A stretch of DNA of 64,000 nucleotides from Candidatus Oxydemutator sp. (GCA_965203445.1 OZ241883.1:1664001-1728000), one strand, 5' to 3'; shown: positions 48,001 to 50,580, counted from the first letter of the stretch. A program made the numbers and translations. The notes: generated from the letters alone by a model not told the origin.

Positions 48001-48808
48001 GGTCGCCCAACCGGTGGTGATGATGCCGCCGCCGGCGGCGCCGACCGGCTTGGCCGCCGCCACCGCCAGCGAAAGCGTGACCCTGACGTGGAACGACCCG
48101 GGCGATGACGCGATCATGGAATATCAATACTGCGTCCGCGCCGCCGGCGCCGGCGTCTGCGCCGATGCCGACTGGGTGACGATCACGGGCAGCGACGCCG
48201 ACACCGTGCGCTACACGGTTACCAATCTGATGAACGGCACGCGCTATACCTTCGAGTTGCGCGCGGTCAACGCCGGCGGCCCCGGCGCCGCCGCCAACGT
48301 GGACGCGACGCCGATGGCGCCGAGCATGCCGCTGGCGCGGCCCGCGGCGCCGATTGGCTTGGCAGTGATCACCACCCCCGGCGTGCCCCGCGCGACCCTT
48401 GTATGGGAAAACCCGGGCGATCCGACGATCTCGTCCTATCGATACAGCGTCAACGGCGGAAGCACCTGGATCTCGATACCGAACAGCAGCTCCGCCACGG
48501 TGGGCTACACGGTGACGGGCCTGACGCTCGGCGAGACCTATGACTTCCGTCTGCACGCGGGCAACGCCGCTGGCTTCGGCACCGCCTCCCCGGACCCGAT
48601 GAACTCGATAATGAGAATGCTCATGACCTCCGACTCGACCGATCGGACCGATCCGCCTGGCCCGCCCGGCCCCCCGCCGCCCGCACAACCCGCGCGCACC
48701 TCCAGCCACGGCGGCGCCTTCGGGCCGGGTGGCCTGCTGTTCCTGCTGCTGACGCTGACAACCCTGCTGCTACGCCGCCGCGCCCATACCCCCTGTCCCA
48801 AAGGGTGA
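15035..48808 (+). CDS. Giant (11,257 aa) surface protein/adhesin: Sec signal, many Calx-beta domains, 10 GLUG-type repeat modules, Ig-like and FN3 domains, choice-of-anchor-U-like motif, GlyGly-CTERM
   Basis: Uninterrupted 33.8-kb ORF; signal peptide ending PSFA-Q; DD..E..E.F.L Calx-beta motifs; GGLVG repeats; PAAPTGL..LTW FN3; DGGANDADGVADGVIRDP; tail SSHGGAFGPGGLLFLLLTLTTLLLRRR. Confidence 0.9.
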   Translation: MMLYQEIKRTRARARRSGLLVCLFVGGALVATPSFAQTSTQAVAVGFSSTGYSVREGDSLPVCVAITSPSDTVTLAREFSLQVATRPGTAGTNDFTNFGDFFNPDPKIVTFGDSTRSACFDLATTEDEIAEETEELFLDLTMPPANVVINPAVAQVTIADNDLVTVGFEAAELTVGESLAEGPSTATVCAQALSPPVIERNLSLSLRTTDGTTSGAADYTAPTTPTVALGSSVRRACLDFPIVDDDLRESDEFFTVDFSGAPLPTTVVPGAVSEVRVTIVDDDASFGFEQTTLTVAEGAAASACISIDSAEAITATVRIGDGSATSPDDYTPGAVTRTLVLQPDSRSCVEVATVEDDDYEYGGETFTLSFVGAHRALIAASASVTVVVDDGLQPITIGSQQELYRTDEDSGGFSVCMVVTDPISTSSMHRTISLRVSTVEGSASEGTDYVAISNQDVGSFHQMTRRQCFAIEISDDSIPEGDESFTLAYALAPGVDARRLTINPAVTRAQIADNDAAEVAFEHTALSVSEGAGAEVCVITTEPADTEPLGDASYAGFNAVVNSAPGSASAADFTAISGLSVGPFNNANRERCFRVQTTDDDVFENRESFTLSLGLPAGLGNVSVKESAAAVVVTIEDNELLAAHDADGDGLLEVDTLEKLNAIRWDTNGDGAADSADDTAAYAAAFPGIALAQGCPPSGCFGYELTADLDFNTGAAARTDDLYYNANEGWLPIGSGAANFAATFRGNGHTLSNLYIRRSGNTIGLFEELAAGGRIESVGIVGANLEARVIGAIAGVNRGTIAASYVLNAMGTASGSQPRDGPVVGINRGTVVACYADRVIDSEAHGGLIAANYGIISASYTLAREGSPADTNPVAGLWPGGVIQATYYDRSVSGVSPNTGRDSEARTTAELQSPTGYTDLYAGWNVDTDGDGTPDNPWDFGTALEYPALRFARFTGAALRRDLSRQRDRLQGSAPRPQHDADGDGLIEVDSLEKLNAMRWDVDGDGVPAVAASDTYVQAFPSIGADGCACTGYELTAHLDFDTSATGVRTDDAYYNDGAGWSPIGTDAEPFDAVFRGNGHLLENLYARGGTETRAGLFGALGASAHVEGVGLIAADVSGALAGALAGSAQGGVVVANFAHGHVRAETSYAGCLIGRMGGGLVISNYAACRAVSGPDGAGVGGLIGAMAGGALTANYSVAPVAASTGSAGGVVGSATGGSASANFYDAEAAGVATSARGAARSGAALRAHITYSGDFASFDVDVDGDGNADDPWDFGSARQYPVLKLARFGDVVARQRALLPHPHDLDRDRLIEVDSLAGLNAMRWDLDGDGAADDAANAADYAEVFPDMDASPCDCIGYELSASLDFDTDGDGAVTRYDAGGAYYDGGAGWLPIGTVAAPFNTVLEGNGHTIANLTINRTRNIAGLFGRVGAAGVVRNLGLIAPNVTVVGNTVGALAGNNSGAIYASYVAGGNVRGGWGTGGLVGYLVGTVTASYTYVAVSNTSHALGGLVGAMGVSARIAASYAIGSVSSSGDNPGRVGGLVGHLDGASTGRTVTASYWDTGLTGQSDSRLAGADGTQTTTALRTPTSYTGIYATWNLDLDGDGTPDNPWAFGDAFQFPVLRGAGHDVAAQFAAQPSRDARLRSWRVTNLGLELPLRERDYSTLSLASQFVRLVAVAEHPGASAMQADVSRYLPADGTSGTYEVTVTAEDGVATRTYGVILSWDGEIALSLSGSDSGELCATENLAAVGGGRTRVRESDVRACFTLELSLPSGQTLETTRTAVVTIESAATTGYDAAEAGLDFVAAARRVAFSINANSGSHDVFFDLLDDRVVELRPEQFRVVARLADDAGVPGDVLASTYVDLVEDDVLRLVPGAVTSPVAEDAGVASVCVRAEVAADEAVDVIVAARESDPPSARAGLDFVAATTTLTFAANIAGQTRCAVVPIVDDALVGEGDETFVASAYYAPGVPAAVRGADVAAVVTIRDDEPMPERPLLLDADAYRVAEGNAAAVTVRLAPELARVRGYEADGVLTVVAGSARPGADYRGVGYPFTLRADQGGAATVRVATLADDVPENTESFTIIATSEVLDAETTALATAVVTIDDDDALAIALEPTAVEMAEGNAVSTRAVCAAITEPPATAPMERRFSLTLTAEGSATLGGEYDFPATLGPFDNDNRRRCGEVALYGDAVSEDDEYFTLRVTPLPPRVTAPGDAARANFIIRDDDDQPLTAFARRQVEEPPAAVPDDPRLINVRSATQLHLMRFDLNGDGVIDAGVSGQDRISYGNYIWGEADHCGRVAGGCIGYELRGDLDLRSNLFGATWNPVGTSAAPYTGRLEGNGYVLSGLSVSAGTGAGLFGHLGDGAEVTNVGLADVSVRGGDHVGALAGHTTGRVTVRAVYAVGGDVRGTAGVGGLIGFASTHGRTSVVASYANVSVAGAGAGVGGLVGTLAGDALIRTSYAAGAITNTAAAPGGLVGRAGAEAAATASYWNVGGGAAHSALGVGTSATALQTPAGYDGIYAAWNLDLDDDGAADNPWDFGAADQYPVLRVAGHDARVQFLSQHAGDAAIADYDDDDDNLIDVRTGAQLYAMRWDLDGDGAPSDATAYARAFPRAMAGMGCPSGCAGYELRADVAATRYPWYSIGSDASPFRTTFDGGGHTITRMLIHHTNADKGMFGVIGEGARVGNVTLNRFDIRFGGTNASYDTAGALAGELRQGFVENVGVLDLYMGCNQNGCERAGALLGRLTGGTVITSYALGGTTEGGGLIGQLTGNGRLIASYAHGVRVRSREPEGGLVGRNERSEIVASYTAATYGGRGQNKYGGLAGIDVGGRVRASYFDADALRTFTGAWSDAVFDNQGLRRRAAGVRRTPDDVRGQARRASELTRPTRYTGIYADWNVDLDGDGAGDDPWYFGDDDQYPVLRYAAAGIERQLAAQRTPPPLPVATVSAPAVHTRRYEPVRFTITLDTAVAVSTTVSYYLTQPDGGALAEVDLGATTPTAVEVFNDGDVATLAPLPVRTVVLAPGQRTATVEVKLSGAGAGADGALSLFLAAGDGFIVGVESDARVTVHGRQRYLAPNLLLARTVVAESNARPTMLTLQTLRVAAASFGRAGVPGDFTPEAAPADLRVSYTLAGSARGGAACDGDTDFLWPPGYDAGLGRGVASAAPLPLTVCADGVRDYAREETILFELVEVLAPTRANRAAANANYVVPLTGYPAYPVVIQDDDPIRVGFERAAYVFAEGQSGEMCVVSKGPIAEPFQRGDVESFRLTADFAGPGVADFAGDFPLRIGSFSRVSTRHCVTLTPLDDGLDDEGETLVLELARLDAVLESDGRVDNYAPDHDPPGDAEPYATQVAFAQQTATVTITRAGYDYDDDNDNLIEVRTRAQLDALRWDLDGDGAPDDADFAPAYARAFPGAAPGMGCAVRCAGYELRADLDLGDAPWRPIGTAAAPFAARLVGNRHVIANPSITTTGNDVGLIGVLGAGGVLESLGVAGAAISGGARTGGLVGRMTGGAVVAAYVAGGRVAGARDVGGLVGRVAGGRIVASWAGATVAARSFCAGLAGSLAGGARVEAGYARGEVEGVACRGLVGGAAATAQVSASYWDDDVAGGRVSDGAPAAEPKTTSELQTPVGYDGIYAAWNLNLDGLAGADNPWHFGTTRQYPVLRYGDPGDGRAVIGVQRGDYDQDRDNLIEIRTASQLNAMRWDLDGDGVPTPANADAYRSAFAGAPAAGVRCASACEGYELGADVDLAPAFGAGYDGGRGFRPIGGDFAAVFDGNGRVISGLSMRRPDADEVGLFSALNGAEIRNVGLVNVDLVGGDRVGALAGRTTGSVVVRTVYVVGGVVSGDADVGGLIGELRGDHSRENPRIVSASYVNVRVEGRSNVGGLIGRAAEPALRAVYSAGAVAAGGGGLLGAADEGVVASDAYWDVTASGLRDSAAGTGHVTSALQTPAGYTGIYAGWNLDLDGDNNADDPWDFGDANQYPVLKAGDHDTALQFAAQPSLQGLPVATITGPGGLSEAELNDVERVQAIHFTVALDRAAAAETTVFYDVLNLGSSGGEIVAQEDAVAGDSPFINGYIAGSTRPGDAPPEPITQALVDVRPSVVARPLPARLSVAIPAGRMSAQFFIRLSDIAISAETLRLRLRLSHRSAGVLIGEPSSAIVFNVRNGRPLYLSPYASLAPAVAESAGTVTPDFRAFRFQTNRVPYIISANGFLPRPVQPLSLRFIYTFGGTAEGGFSCSGSTDYLWPAGYDPVANQGLGQPAAPGLGRFGGALRLCDDDRNEPTETIFPQLLRVTTPTAAATTGGTFFVLLPDFEHTVSTAVRIIDDDPATIGFERDLYPMTERVAAPVCVVMQTPAPAITGGVTLTVSAEAGARAELSASELGPFSEDAARHCVDVTPLDEAGFALSLAPTAPLPASMVVIEPATAEVVLAPRVDYDDDDDNLIEVRTPAQLNALRWDLNGDGVADAPLYGRAYARAFPRAAARMGCAGTCAGYELRADMDLEVLRVSTATTTVNWSAIGAERDGEPFRAILEGNGNVIYGLYTSATNAVGATGDAANGLFHAIAAGAHVRSLGFAGYSNATRTAGITVAGRDNVGVLAGRMSGGFVTAVHVAAGARVIAHGDAAGGLIGRMTGGTIRASYAAALVDAGDGACGGLVGRIAGGGATPPRIEASYARGAVGAGASGGDCATGAAAGGLIGATDTGASPAITASYWDASATTHTGGGGASRTTAQLREPQTYVGIYAAWNLDLDGQGGGDTPWYFGATDQYPVLRYGRDLPALAVQHGDYDHDDDNLIDVHVPVQLDAIRWDKNGDGVPDDASAAGAAAHGAAFYGAVAGMGCATTCTGFELVSDLDVAASRYAESVADAGWRPIARTNNVADAFGATFDGGGYVVSNLVVNSGGDAPAGLFGLVSAGTIANVGLVNARVAAFEGAAGALAGAVLGGRSTITAVYAVDGRVEAANAPVGGLVGSIGNDAEPSDARVIAAYANLRVDGTTTPTGGLVGSVAGDASIVASYAAGPLIVTTATTTVTGGGLVGEVTSGSPEAVDSYWDAAAAGIAQSALGVSRTTVELQAPTGYDGIYAAWNVDLDGDGSGDNPWNFGAADQYPVLRHAGRLGARQLAAQLAARPQVALRVWPGATDRDPVWPGLQVDEGDVVSELYTVRRALPSGAPLQFVVRSFGTAYSADDLGLAAAPPAERTLALEPMELTLVVTRSFVNDGRDGEDDETFGVSLERIAADSAGLNYFIGVPSSFTLTVRGADVAPTFGAADLPLAAVGERYLERLPAATGGNGGVVAYNAIAVPDWLAFDADGAGVCGVALAVCGTPQAADTGTDVLLITADDADANVALSDRAQLRVAIEVGVRPPPPAAPQNLIALPGDGTVFLSWDASGIDPANDPNREAITSYETRLLDGACTGVPGAAAGAAWTRIPASDFATVAHTITGLVNGVRVCVEVRARNRGGVGAAAAAAATPSDRQPAFVGAAAELTFVASSDVGTVALPSVRGGDGALRFRIDRLGRLPGLVVTYARDAAAGDGPNLYRGVITGVPGDPPQPLARRRAVLLVTVTDADGDVASLDVPITVIRDATPAFDPDAPTEFIFARGRATTHVLPVVAGGVAGGGNLPLRYSLRARVVTGTLPSWLAYRAPASPEDGGGTLIGMPGSGDADAELTLVATDADGDDANLEVRAVVGGADGVPRFAVASSDVRVTAGETFRTPLPVAAGGDGAIRYLSEPPPPLLDGVTLLLPSVLLPGHAEGAVLEGSAPFADVTRSFVLVARDVDGEEARLAVRLIVTGQMPPTFADASVAAAWAVTTRADAVRLHLPAATPPAGATAADLDYALAPPLPSSLTYSAPAGAITGGGVITGVPRDGVATTYTLTATDRRSGLAAGLPVRLTISDKAPTFGDVVLGPFRWMDGVALGSASYDVSNRMLRLPRAVGGDGMLRYRLEPKFFSCCDDFSDDPTPYVGSYRLGAVTGVFDGVSLGVHEITWSATDEDGDTATLRFTAEVVDRISSGAGGLDLVTGRFAWGSSVNRRLGGTANNTFRSVRIDGLPLGLRIESPPPHLVPTQGVGTVVGRALSVLGEPPDGNTQLNIIVDTSFAAANIPWYVGVAPPATPGIVAASTETIVLYADEAVAPRPTLAWVAGRTTDTDAGLQIALSPLPQGVSRTAARTGTHTGGRDGEDGVSHVIELFGTPARAANTASYTLTVTDQAGNYATQSFALVVRGERPKVNTLTVTSVAADGEAYRAGERVTLRLGFDRAVVVETARGAPRLVLDVGGSARTAPLSARARADADVLHFEYEVNALDSDADGLSVSALDLNGARITAVADGADGADARTALGAFARRALGQPLIGGSDQPVRWRPDTIVARYRVGEAFSLALPAPASGNASFSYSFGGVAPFAFEQPPALPPGLRWQPPPAMGPLGAGGAGGTIAGTPSASTPSTLYRLTATDEDGDVGFLDVRLTPAAPSFGDAMLATQTLVVGSRAGLPLALPAADGDPVYTLAPALPAGLAFDAAMRLIFSAAGPTTPTSVTRYTLTASGAGGVGELHFGLEVATDTAPILVGGIAGEQQLFDDVPANLRLAAAAAGNPPYAYSLRPQLLPDGLSLDVAGRGACADARTICGTAAVAVELARYTWRAADFDGDAAARAFAITVLGKPPRPSGLVKAEANRSFSVRWDAGIADITRYEYRVVTNGVVINARWLTVDGGGDAREVVITEPAGGGRLANGQSYLFQLRAVNSYDFSDPAQLIVTPAAPPTFEGVEPVVVTLMLGEPMETLVLPSARGGALPLRCDLSPVPPGLEYARPSVFDAHCGLLEGTPREAGVFDAVLTATANDGERASTGVRVTVVSDHDADRNGLIEIENLDQLNAIRWDLDGDGVPDAGLSENDVAAYEAAFARSSTQTRCALSQCAGYELVRDLDFDTDGDGSFWSVVGVGPVTQQLQLDSDDSYGAGFAPIGRGQMFFSATFRGNGHTISNLGIRGFATGGTALFAGLAAGGRIEGLGVLNAAIDTNSAGALLVGTSRGTIAASFARRHGYLFCSSVCGGIAALNYGTIVASYSDSDAANRQSNYAGLAGFNGGTIRASYALISGGGDAVRGLVRFLESTATAADAEFSYYRGEFISAGGTRKTTAELQAPVGYTGIYADWNVDTDGDGVPDNPWYFGSSDEYPQLRLFAPEFAVAGPVAVREDAAAARFWITYNGAEPLARGRRVGVAARAITGTAVSPARAGVDFTARAGEVAFFRGSARGTTRAFAVAVADNAKVRVPGDPLRFAVVVGDGAASSRTTAIADDDTLTIRPQRSAYTFEEYAGDENVCLTPRIPAAGTPCGRNAGRREVCFTHQEIDPPGGITLNPVFTYSEGDAPDARLNHDRDCLLFEGSRIGGTSRCDVSAGGTNYRLNPNPRLILNPGLNSAFAANRGLSGGFHARGDELALTCVDLAITDDRDYEMLVESAFLTLSSAITRTDSGANLISSVSSAEISIRDNENILSIAQIGGSGTIREGETARYRLTLARPVRTNSAPVAIPWRVAPATAGAAASAADFAGGVLPQGRAVIERGAQDVIFEVTPIQDGMPEVAEAYRITTQTGVTITAGFGSNSVLDTGGISTQTTILVNDAHIQIAATTADDDSGLVREGQRLTVLVRSSVFVNGNVQCRVAPDESRPSAARTAADDFAATTTTAVFPNQTDAICDFDVARDDAGTLAEGLEHFLLIIEADPSSPIANASYGAPRALRIAPDPMAVPITVSGPPSAVVEGADAVFLITLQGTVTSRTEVVYALEDASATGGRDANAPGADFYPSGQRRVMLAPGTDPSAEIAVATIADGVAEGVESFRLRVVSAATNGFNEFGVGYRATVFARDATATAAVALISDGMVSITRVGSGDVIEGERVAFDLTLNRALPAPLAVRTRVTRLPDGAAAAADVTDATLSTFHPGAPLVQRITLATVDDGDAEGRERFRVAITPPEVGGGGYADFAIATSTLARGRVNLACDETVVEGDDFACRVRVGAPAGAPADVDVTIAVGAPGDAATRAEDYVPPAAACAAGVCAVTIAAGTDTAALTFATRGDDGLEADEQATVSLAAVRGGGDLAPTLPRAGSDARESVVRIVDDGKIAGLVGIAGFVDADGAALPAETLADGVRATFAEGARVAVRVAFDGVIPQGVMVPFDYRVGAAGDSAGRDDYAPSAPALRRASLTGPVTDTVIALSLADDDFAESAETLTIELVATAGDLSSLAVRASSRRAVVVIAAGDAAGARTLRLSRDAAVRVSETLTYYPTSTARTRAITRDAVVTRDVALTPASPTVDVFEGERLAFYVTVGGAPPGEALEVHWSVRAAGGRAFADAADFDFADANADGDYDPLTGVLRVPRHRIGQRLPLVVPVAADAVAEDSEAFEVAVSLRDPDSGDDFATSFSARIAPSAALRVGVDGPAEIDEGATATYVLTNLSGTDAARDLSWSINGVGEGDVSVCAPEAAGFGQGACTRMATAAATTSTDVANMTTNDFSDNVGTVQLPPAVGATATISVRAVADGNYEDFERYRFVLTADNVVVADLPGVIRPARLLYLQSFGVGSTDDTGVGARRIGRAAEGGANALLLSTDTAVAVAYGADYDAPLPRSRNPCDSASGADFGAATSATVNQNLLLFRAVTDDDSRGVAACSDGAPEGNPEYFALYVRPSPTLTDAHPYIVNLNVARNELFAHRPVTGGAVISGEIAERDYGAVALRADAAAAVEEGGAAAFTVTYRGPAQTWPVRVPWRVAAAAADAAEPTAHADDFPLANAERALVRIDDGVERGDPLFPSGVVTFAAGTADGTTATVVVRVRDDREREPRERFSVVLGAPTVPETTTAPAPIVTRGYGRAVAVIAASDDPAFALDSIVGNEVREGATLTVVVRAAAAANAARDLRCAITQPDDPSAQSAGAARTAAVASDFDATEVEVRLAPGARTATCEFPVRDDTETEGYEYFGVALTVDGVDVGAHREFRVAPSDASVTVSGPRTAPEGTTRTYTVVRRGAAGVASRLSWRTTGTSAGFAAADLQSGFQSGVVTLPASPAALTSATFQVKVVDDTAAEVAERFAIVLAVVAGDARLGEGSSLTVVIPASDVVIEPLALRFDASSYTVVEDTGDLAFELIDSRSFRPPASATLTFEFSAAHNTSDVSSVVIGGERRRYPAAGAAVAVGFDLDGATRTRVTVDIRADTIAEENESFLLRVTDAGGAEMDTATVTIVDDETVVMGFTFEDTIAETRVNFSVCAVVLRPLSTQLLERRLNFAFALEEELVAPLDPGEYNFPVGQDVGPFFQMTRRQCFAVEFGGDDDVVEGTEYYIPSLTGVGGGSLPERVTLTRTRYAVTSEDLPLMAFDPTTYTIAEGDVAQVCAQAVGPTDPALIDQTPPWDFRFELTDTLGLLRPAMAEFGPYAGVTSASCVDMHVSSLGGSVATTRVATLGLQDTTARATVVIPPTPLVTIEALPSVGESVGGIVDEGGVLRFRAVKTRATNEPVTVAWRISADANVETAGSVLAQPADLVGYDALPAIGTVVIAAGTTKSEVILIRTANVAGERPTRTFVVTLFSLVGVGGRLGTPDALEATATIRAAGDAPTWRLALEPVGGDDLTLDEQAAAAAQFRVVLRRVSGSGALASDLGFAVSIEADAGSANPIEADDLASSSALSGTFNANQSSGSVITFSLTANDDDLNEGAEGFLIRLNSTDTRVVTTATLGGTIAPDADDAVHVSLALATTRNVAEPGRALVTTMTWGGATLSEDLVLPFVTTAGDPYFNPSDDYRIVVPAASDGYRVRGGALVVSPGAVTSSAVLFEARDDVYNESTESAVFGWRVPRFESAGAVTATVTAPPSGGGEVTVWIAQNDRVVYSLGAFSRAVVAKGGELQARLGVDKVNVDYTAPATRTLVLSGPFFETVTRTVVNEPPDSTRPRDIYISFPDDGLETPQTEVTLTLHDAVGGRPGGGGVAIDPARSAATVIQLAGEAVAASLSGPAEVREGATATYTLSLSRAWTHPTTVEYRITTAAVAGAAATPRDLRGVAAFPTTASAVIPAARTTVPILIHALDDGLFEGREHFVLELLSARDTRGNDWPLSDARRTVAIAASDPPRAGFEASRYVVRNGSTLTACVSVDVASVRGGGDFSLTVTSADGVGADGAVAGADYVALSGAPLGPFSATTPRHCVRVPITRDGAEIERNEEFTLTLAAATTNVELTRAEATVEIRATDRVPPYFIYSGRDAIAYAGGQSRLWLPLNEPVKILGRGEAMAAATASGLGRDARLGGFVVLRRLLGTFDACAVDAMATTIAVTRAYYEAVTPSVVLELARPIPYTDDRLWASYCYQSGPGIYDLAVESGMADPEIGRNQLTRSLGMMEYDPIKDSDGDGLPDALEARLGGDPLSPAGAPDDVPRVTLTRGVADTALIAYAGIREHGARRHLGVEVSAAGGYTLRAYYLSDTFGYTGDAAYGCRGRFPSNYAAPLAAGGCAEVDFANIPAGVDHVIGWFAAGPSGYWFAAPTASGLPQQTIRRVPELNVASRLAYLARAGAAGGEGVVLEVNQDVAPTVPLQLLLEVRTATDVETRRVPLPTVRGRVAVVTATAAGTYGIAGVASGTANLLWHPARGVAALAETSYSLGVATRTRVSLLPDVSLLLGPMALTQDGAPRTVLHSGGYGYRLELPVSNPASRATMSDVHTVIAGGDVALRVMRDAAGVSGRVASRDEFEIKGDAHERVATAEFLVGFSDVRPDFEEFAAPARYSWPVIAPRDADADGVPDDQDDYAGASLLPVRVARTTDIETWHHLRTVLPTHRLHTGAATRERVRARARAGQAVAYADYLATLDAADDALYAEYPVVYDFEIYGVAPATFTAAGRTVGGAAGVIVPLPETVRAMVGRGLVPSKLSPAGDRRSFDVAGENGFGFAPLDDQAQCPDDVAGAGYRNDDGSLENRPSDPRDACLLMWIVDGGANDADGVADGVIRDPTVVAQPVVMMPPPAAPTGLAAATASESVTLTWNDPGDDAIMEYQYCVRAAGAGVCADADWVTITGSDADTVRYTVTNLMNGTRYTFELRAVNAGGPGAAANVDATPMAPSMPLARPAAPIGLAVITTPGVPRATLVWENPGDPTISSYRYSVNGGSTWISIPNSSSATVGYTVTGLTLGETYDFRLHAGNAAGFGTASPDPMNSIMRMLMTSDSTDRTDPPGPPGPPPPAQPARTSSHGGAFGPGGLLFLLLTLTTLLLRRRAHTPCPKG

Positions 48809-49036
48809 GGGGGTACGGGTACCCTTTTTCACTCTTCTCTGAGAGAGGGCTGACGCTGCCGGGCTTTCCCTCCCCAATCATTCTCCCGTAACGCGATGGG
48901 GGTTTCGCTTCTTAGGAATGCCGTTCGTCGGAAAAGTCATTCGTCGGCTATATGACACCGTTTGTCTGCCGCGTTCCATGCTATATTGCGACGCGTGTTA
49001 CACCGTTTCTTTTCCATGCAAACTGGAGGAACGGAA

Positions 49037-49600
49037 ATGCATCAGACAACCAACGTGATAGACAGCGTCCATAACCTGGAGAACGCCGATATGAACCGGG
49101 AGCAGGCCGAGGCCCTGACAAAACTGGTGCGCGATTCGGTTGCCGAGGGCGTCCAGCATCTGGCGACCAAGGCCGAAGTTGCCGCGCAGCTTATGGCGAT
49201 CAAGGCCGAATTGGCCGATCTCAGGGTGCACGTTGACGCGCAGCTTCTGGCGACCAAAGCCGAAGTTGCCGCGCAGCTTATGGCGATCAAGGCTGAGCTG
49301 ATCGATCTCAGGCAGCATATGGCGACCAAGGCCGAGCTGGCCGAACTGAGAGAGCAGGTTTTGGAGCTCAGGGAACAGGTTTTGGAGGTCAGGGAGCAGG
49401 TTTCGGAGATCAAGGCCGGATTGGTCGAACTCAAAGCTTCCCACGAAGCGCAGGTGGCGCATAGCGACGCGCAGATAGCGCTTCTCAGGGGCGAGATTAC
49501 CGAGAAGCTGGGCGCGAACCTGAAGTACATGGCGCTCTCCATAGGTTTTTCGACGGTCGCGATCATCGCGGCGCTGTTTGCCGTGCCCACCGTCGGCTGA
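49037..49600 (+). CDS. CCDC90/DUF1640-like coiled-coil membrane-anchored protein, paralog B
   Basis: Homologous to 6616-7182; GGAGG RBS; ATKAE motifs; C-terminal TM helix. Confidence 0.72.
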   Translation: MHQTTNVIDSVHNLENADMNREQAEALTKLVRDSVAEGVQHLATKAEVAAQLMAIKAELADLRVHVDAQLLATKAEVAAQLMAIKAELIDLRQHMATKAELAELREQVLELREQVLEVREQVSEIKAGLVELKASHEAQVAHSDAQIALLRGEITEKLGANLKYMALSIGFSTVAIIAALFAVPTVG

Positions 49601-49819
49601 AGGCAGGGGAAGGCAAGGCCACCCGGCCCGTGGCCACCCTCTCCTGAAGGGAGAGGGTTGCTTTATTGGCCTTCTCCCATCACGCGATGGGGCTTTCAGG
49701 AATGCCGTTCGTCGGAAAAGTCATTCGTCGGCCATATGACACCGTTTGTCCGGCACGTTCCATGCTATATTGCGACGCGTGTTACACCGTTCCTTTCCAT
49801 GCAAACTGGAGGAGCGGAA

Positions 49820-50353
49820 ATGCATCAGACAACCAACATGATAGACAGCGTCCACAACCTGGAGAACGCCGGTATAAACCGAAAGCAGGCCGAGGCCCTG
49901 ACAAAACTGGTGCGCGATTCGGTTGCCGAGGGCGTCCAGCATCTGGCGACCAAGGCCGAAGTCGCCGCGCAGCTTATGGCGATCAAGGCCGAATTGGCCG
50001 ATCTCAGGGCGCACGTTGACGCGCAGCTTCTGGCGACCAAGGCTGAGCTGGTCGCTCTCAGGCAGCATATGGCGACCAAGGCCGAGCTGGCCGAACTGAG
50101 AGAGCAGGTTTTGGAGCTCAGGGAACAGGTTTTGGAGCTCAGGGAGCAGGTTTCGGAGATCAAGGCCGGATTGGTCGAACTCAAAGCTTCCCACGAAGCG
50201 CAGGTGGCGCATAGCGACGCGCAGATAGCGCTTCTCAGGGGCGAGATTACCGAGAAGCTGGGCGCGAACCTGAAGTACATGGCGCTCTCCATAGGTTTTT
50301 CGACGGTCGCCATCATCGCGGCGCTGTTTGCCGTGCCCACCGTCGGCTCGTGA
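49820..50353 (+). CDS. CCDC90/DUF1640-like protein, paralog C (tandem duplicate of B, 11 aa shorter in the stalk)
   Basis: Near-identical DNA to paralog B, including about 140 bp upstream. Confidence 0.72.
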   Translation: MHQTTNMIDSVHNLENAGINRKQAEALTKLVRDSVAEGVQHLATKAEVAAQLMAIKAELADLRAHVDAQLLATKAELVALRQHMATKAELAELREQVLELREQVLELREQVSEIKAGLVELKASHEAQVAHSDAQIALLRGEITEKLGANLKYMALSIGFSTVAIIAALFAVPTVGS

Positions 50354-50450
50354 CCTGTCCCCGATAATCAGGGTCGCGCCTACTACAACCACGTCAGGGC
50401 GCGTAGTTCTCCGGGTTATGTCGCGTCAGCCGCATTCCTGGGGAAGGCGA

Positions 50451-50580
50451 CACCGTGGGGTTTGTAGCGCGTCTATCGCCTGCGGGGATTAGGCCCCGCC
50501 TGGCCCGGTATTTTCAGCGGCGCGAAAAAGGCCTCGAACCATTGCGGCGGCGCTCCCGTCTCCAGGGTCGCCGCCATCGC
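50451..50580 (+). repeat. Degenerate direct repeat of about 130 bp, copy 2 (overlaps the MTase 3' end)
   Basis: Collinear with 12803-12931. Confidence 0.8.

Noticed and set aside
15035-48808. RTX/T1SS adhesin or autotransporter
   Set aside because: No GGxGxD nonapeptide arrays or C-terminal beta-barrel; it has a Sec signal and a TM tail.
50354-50450. Possible gene remnant between paralog C and the MTase
   Set aside because: Too short to assign without a search.
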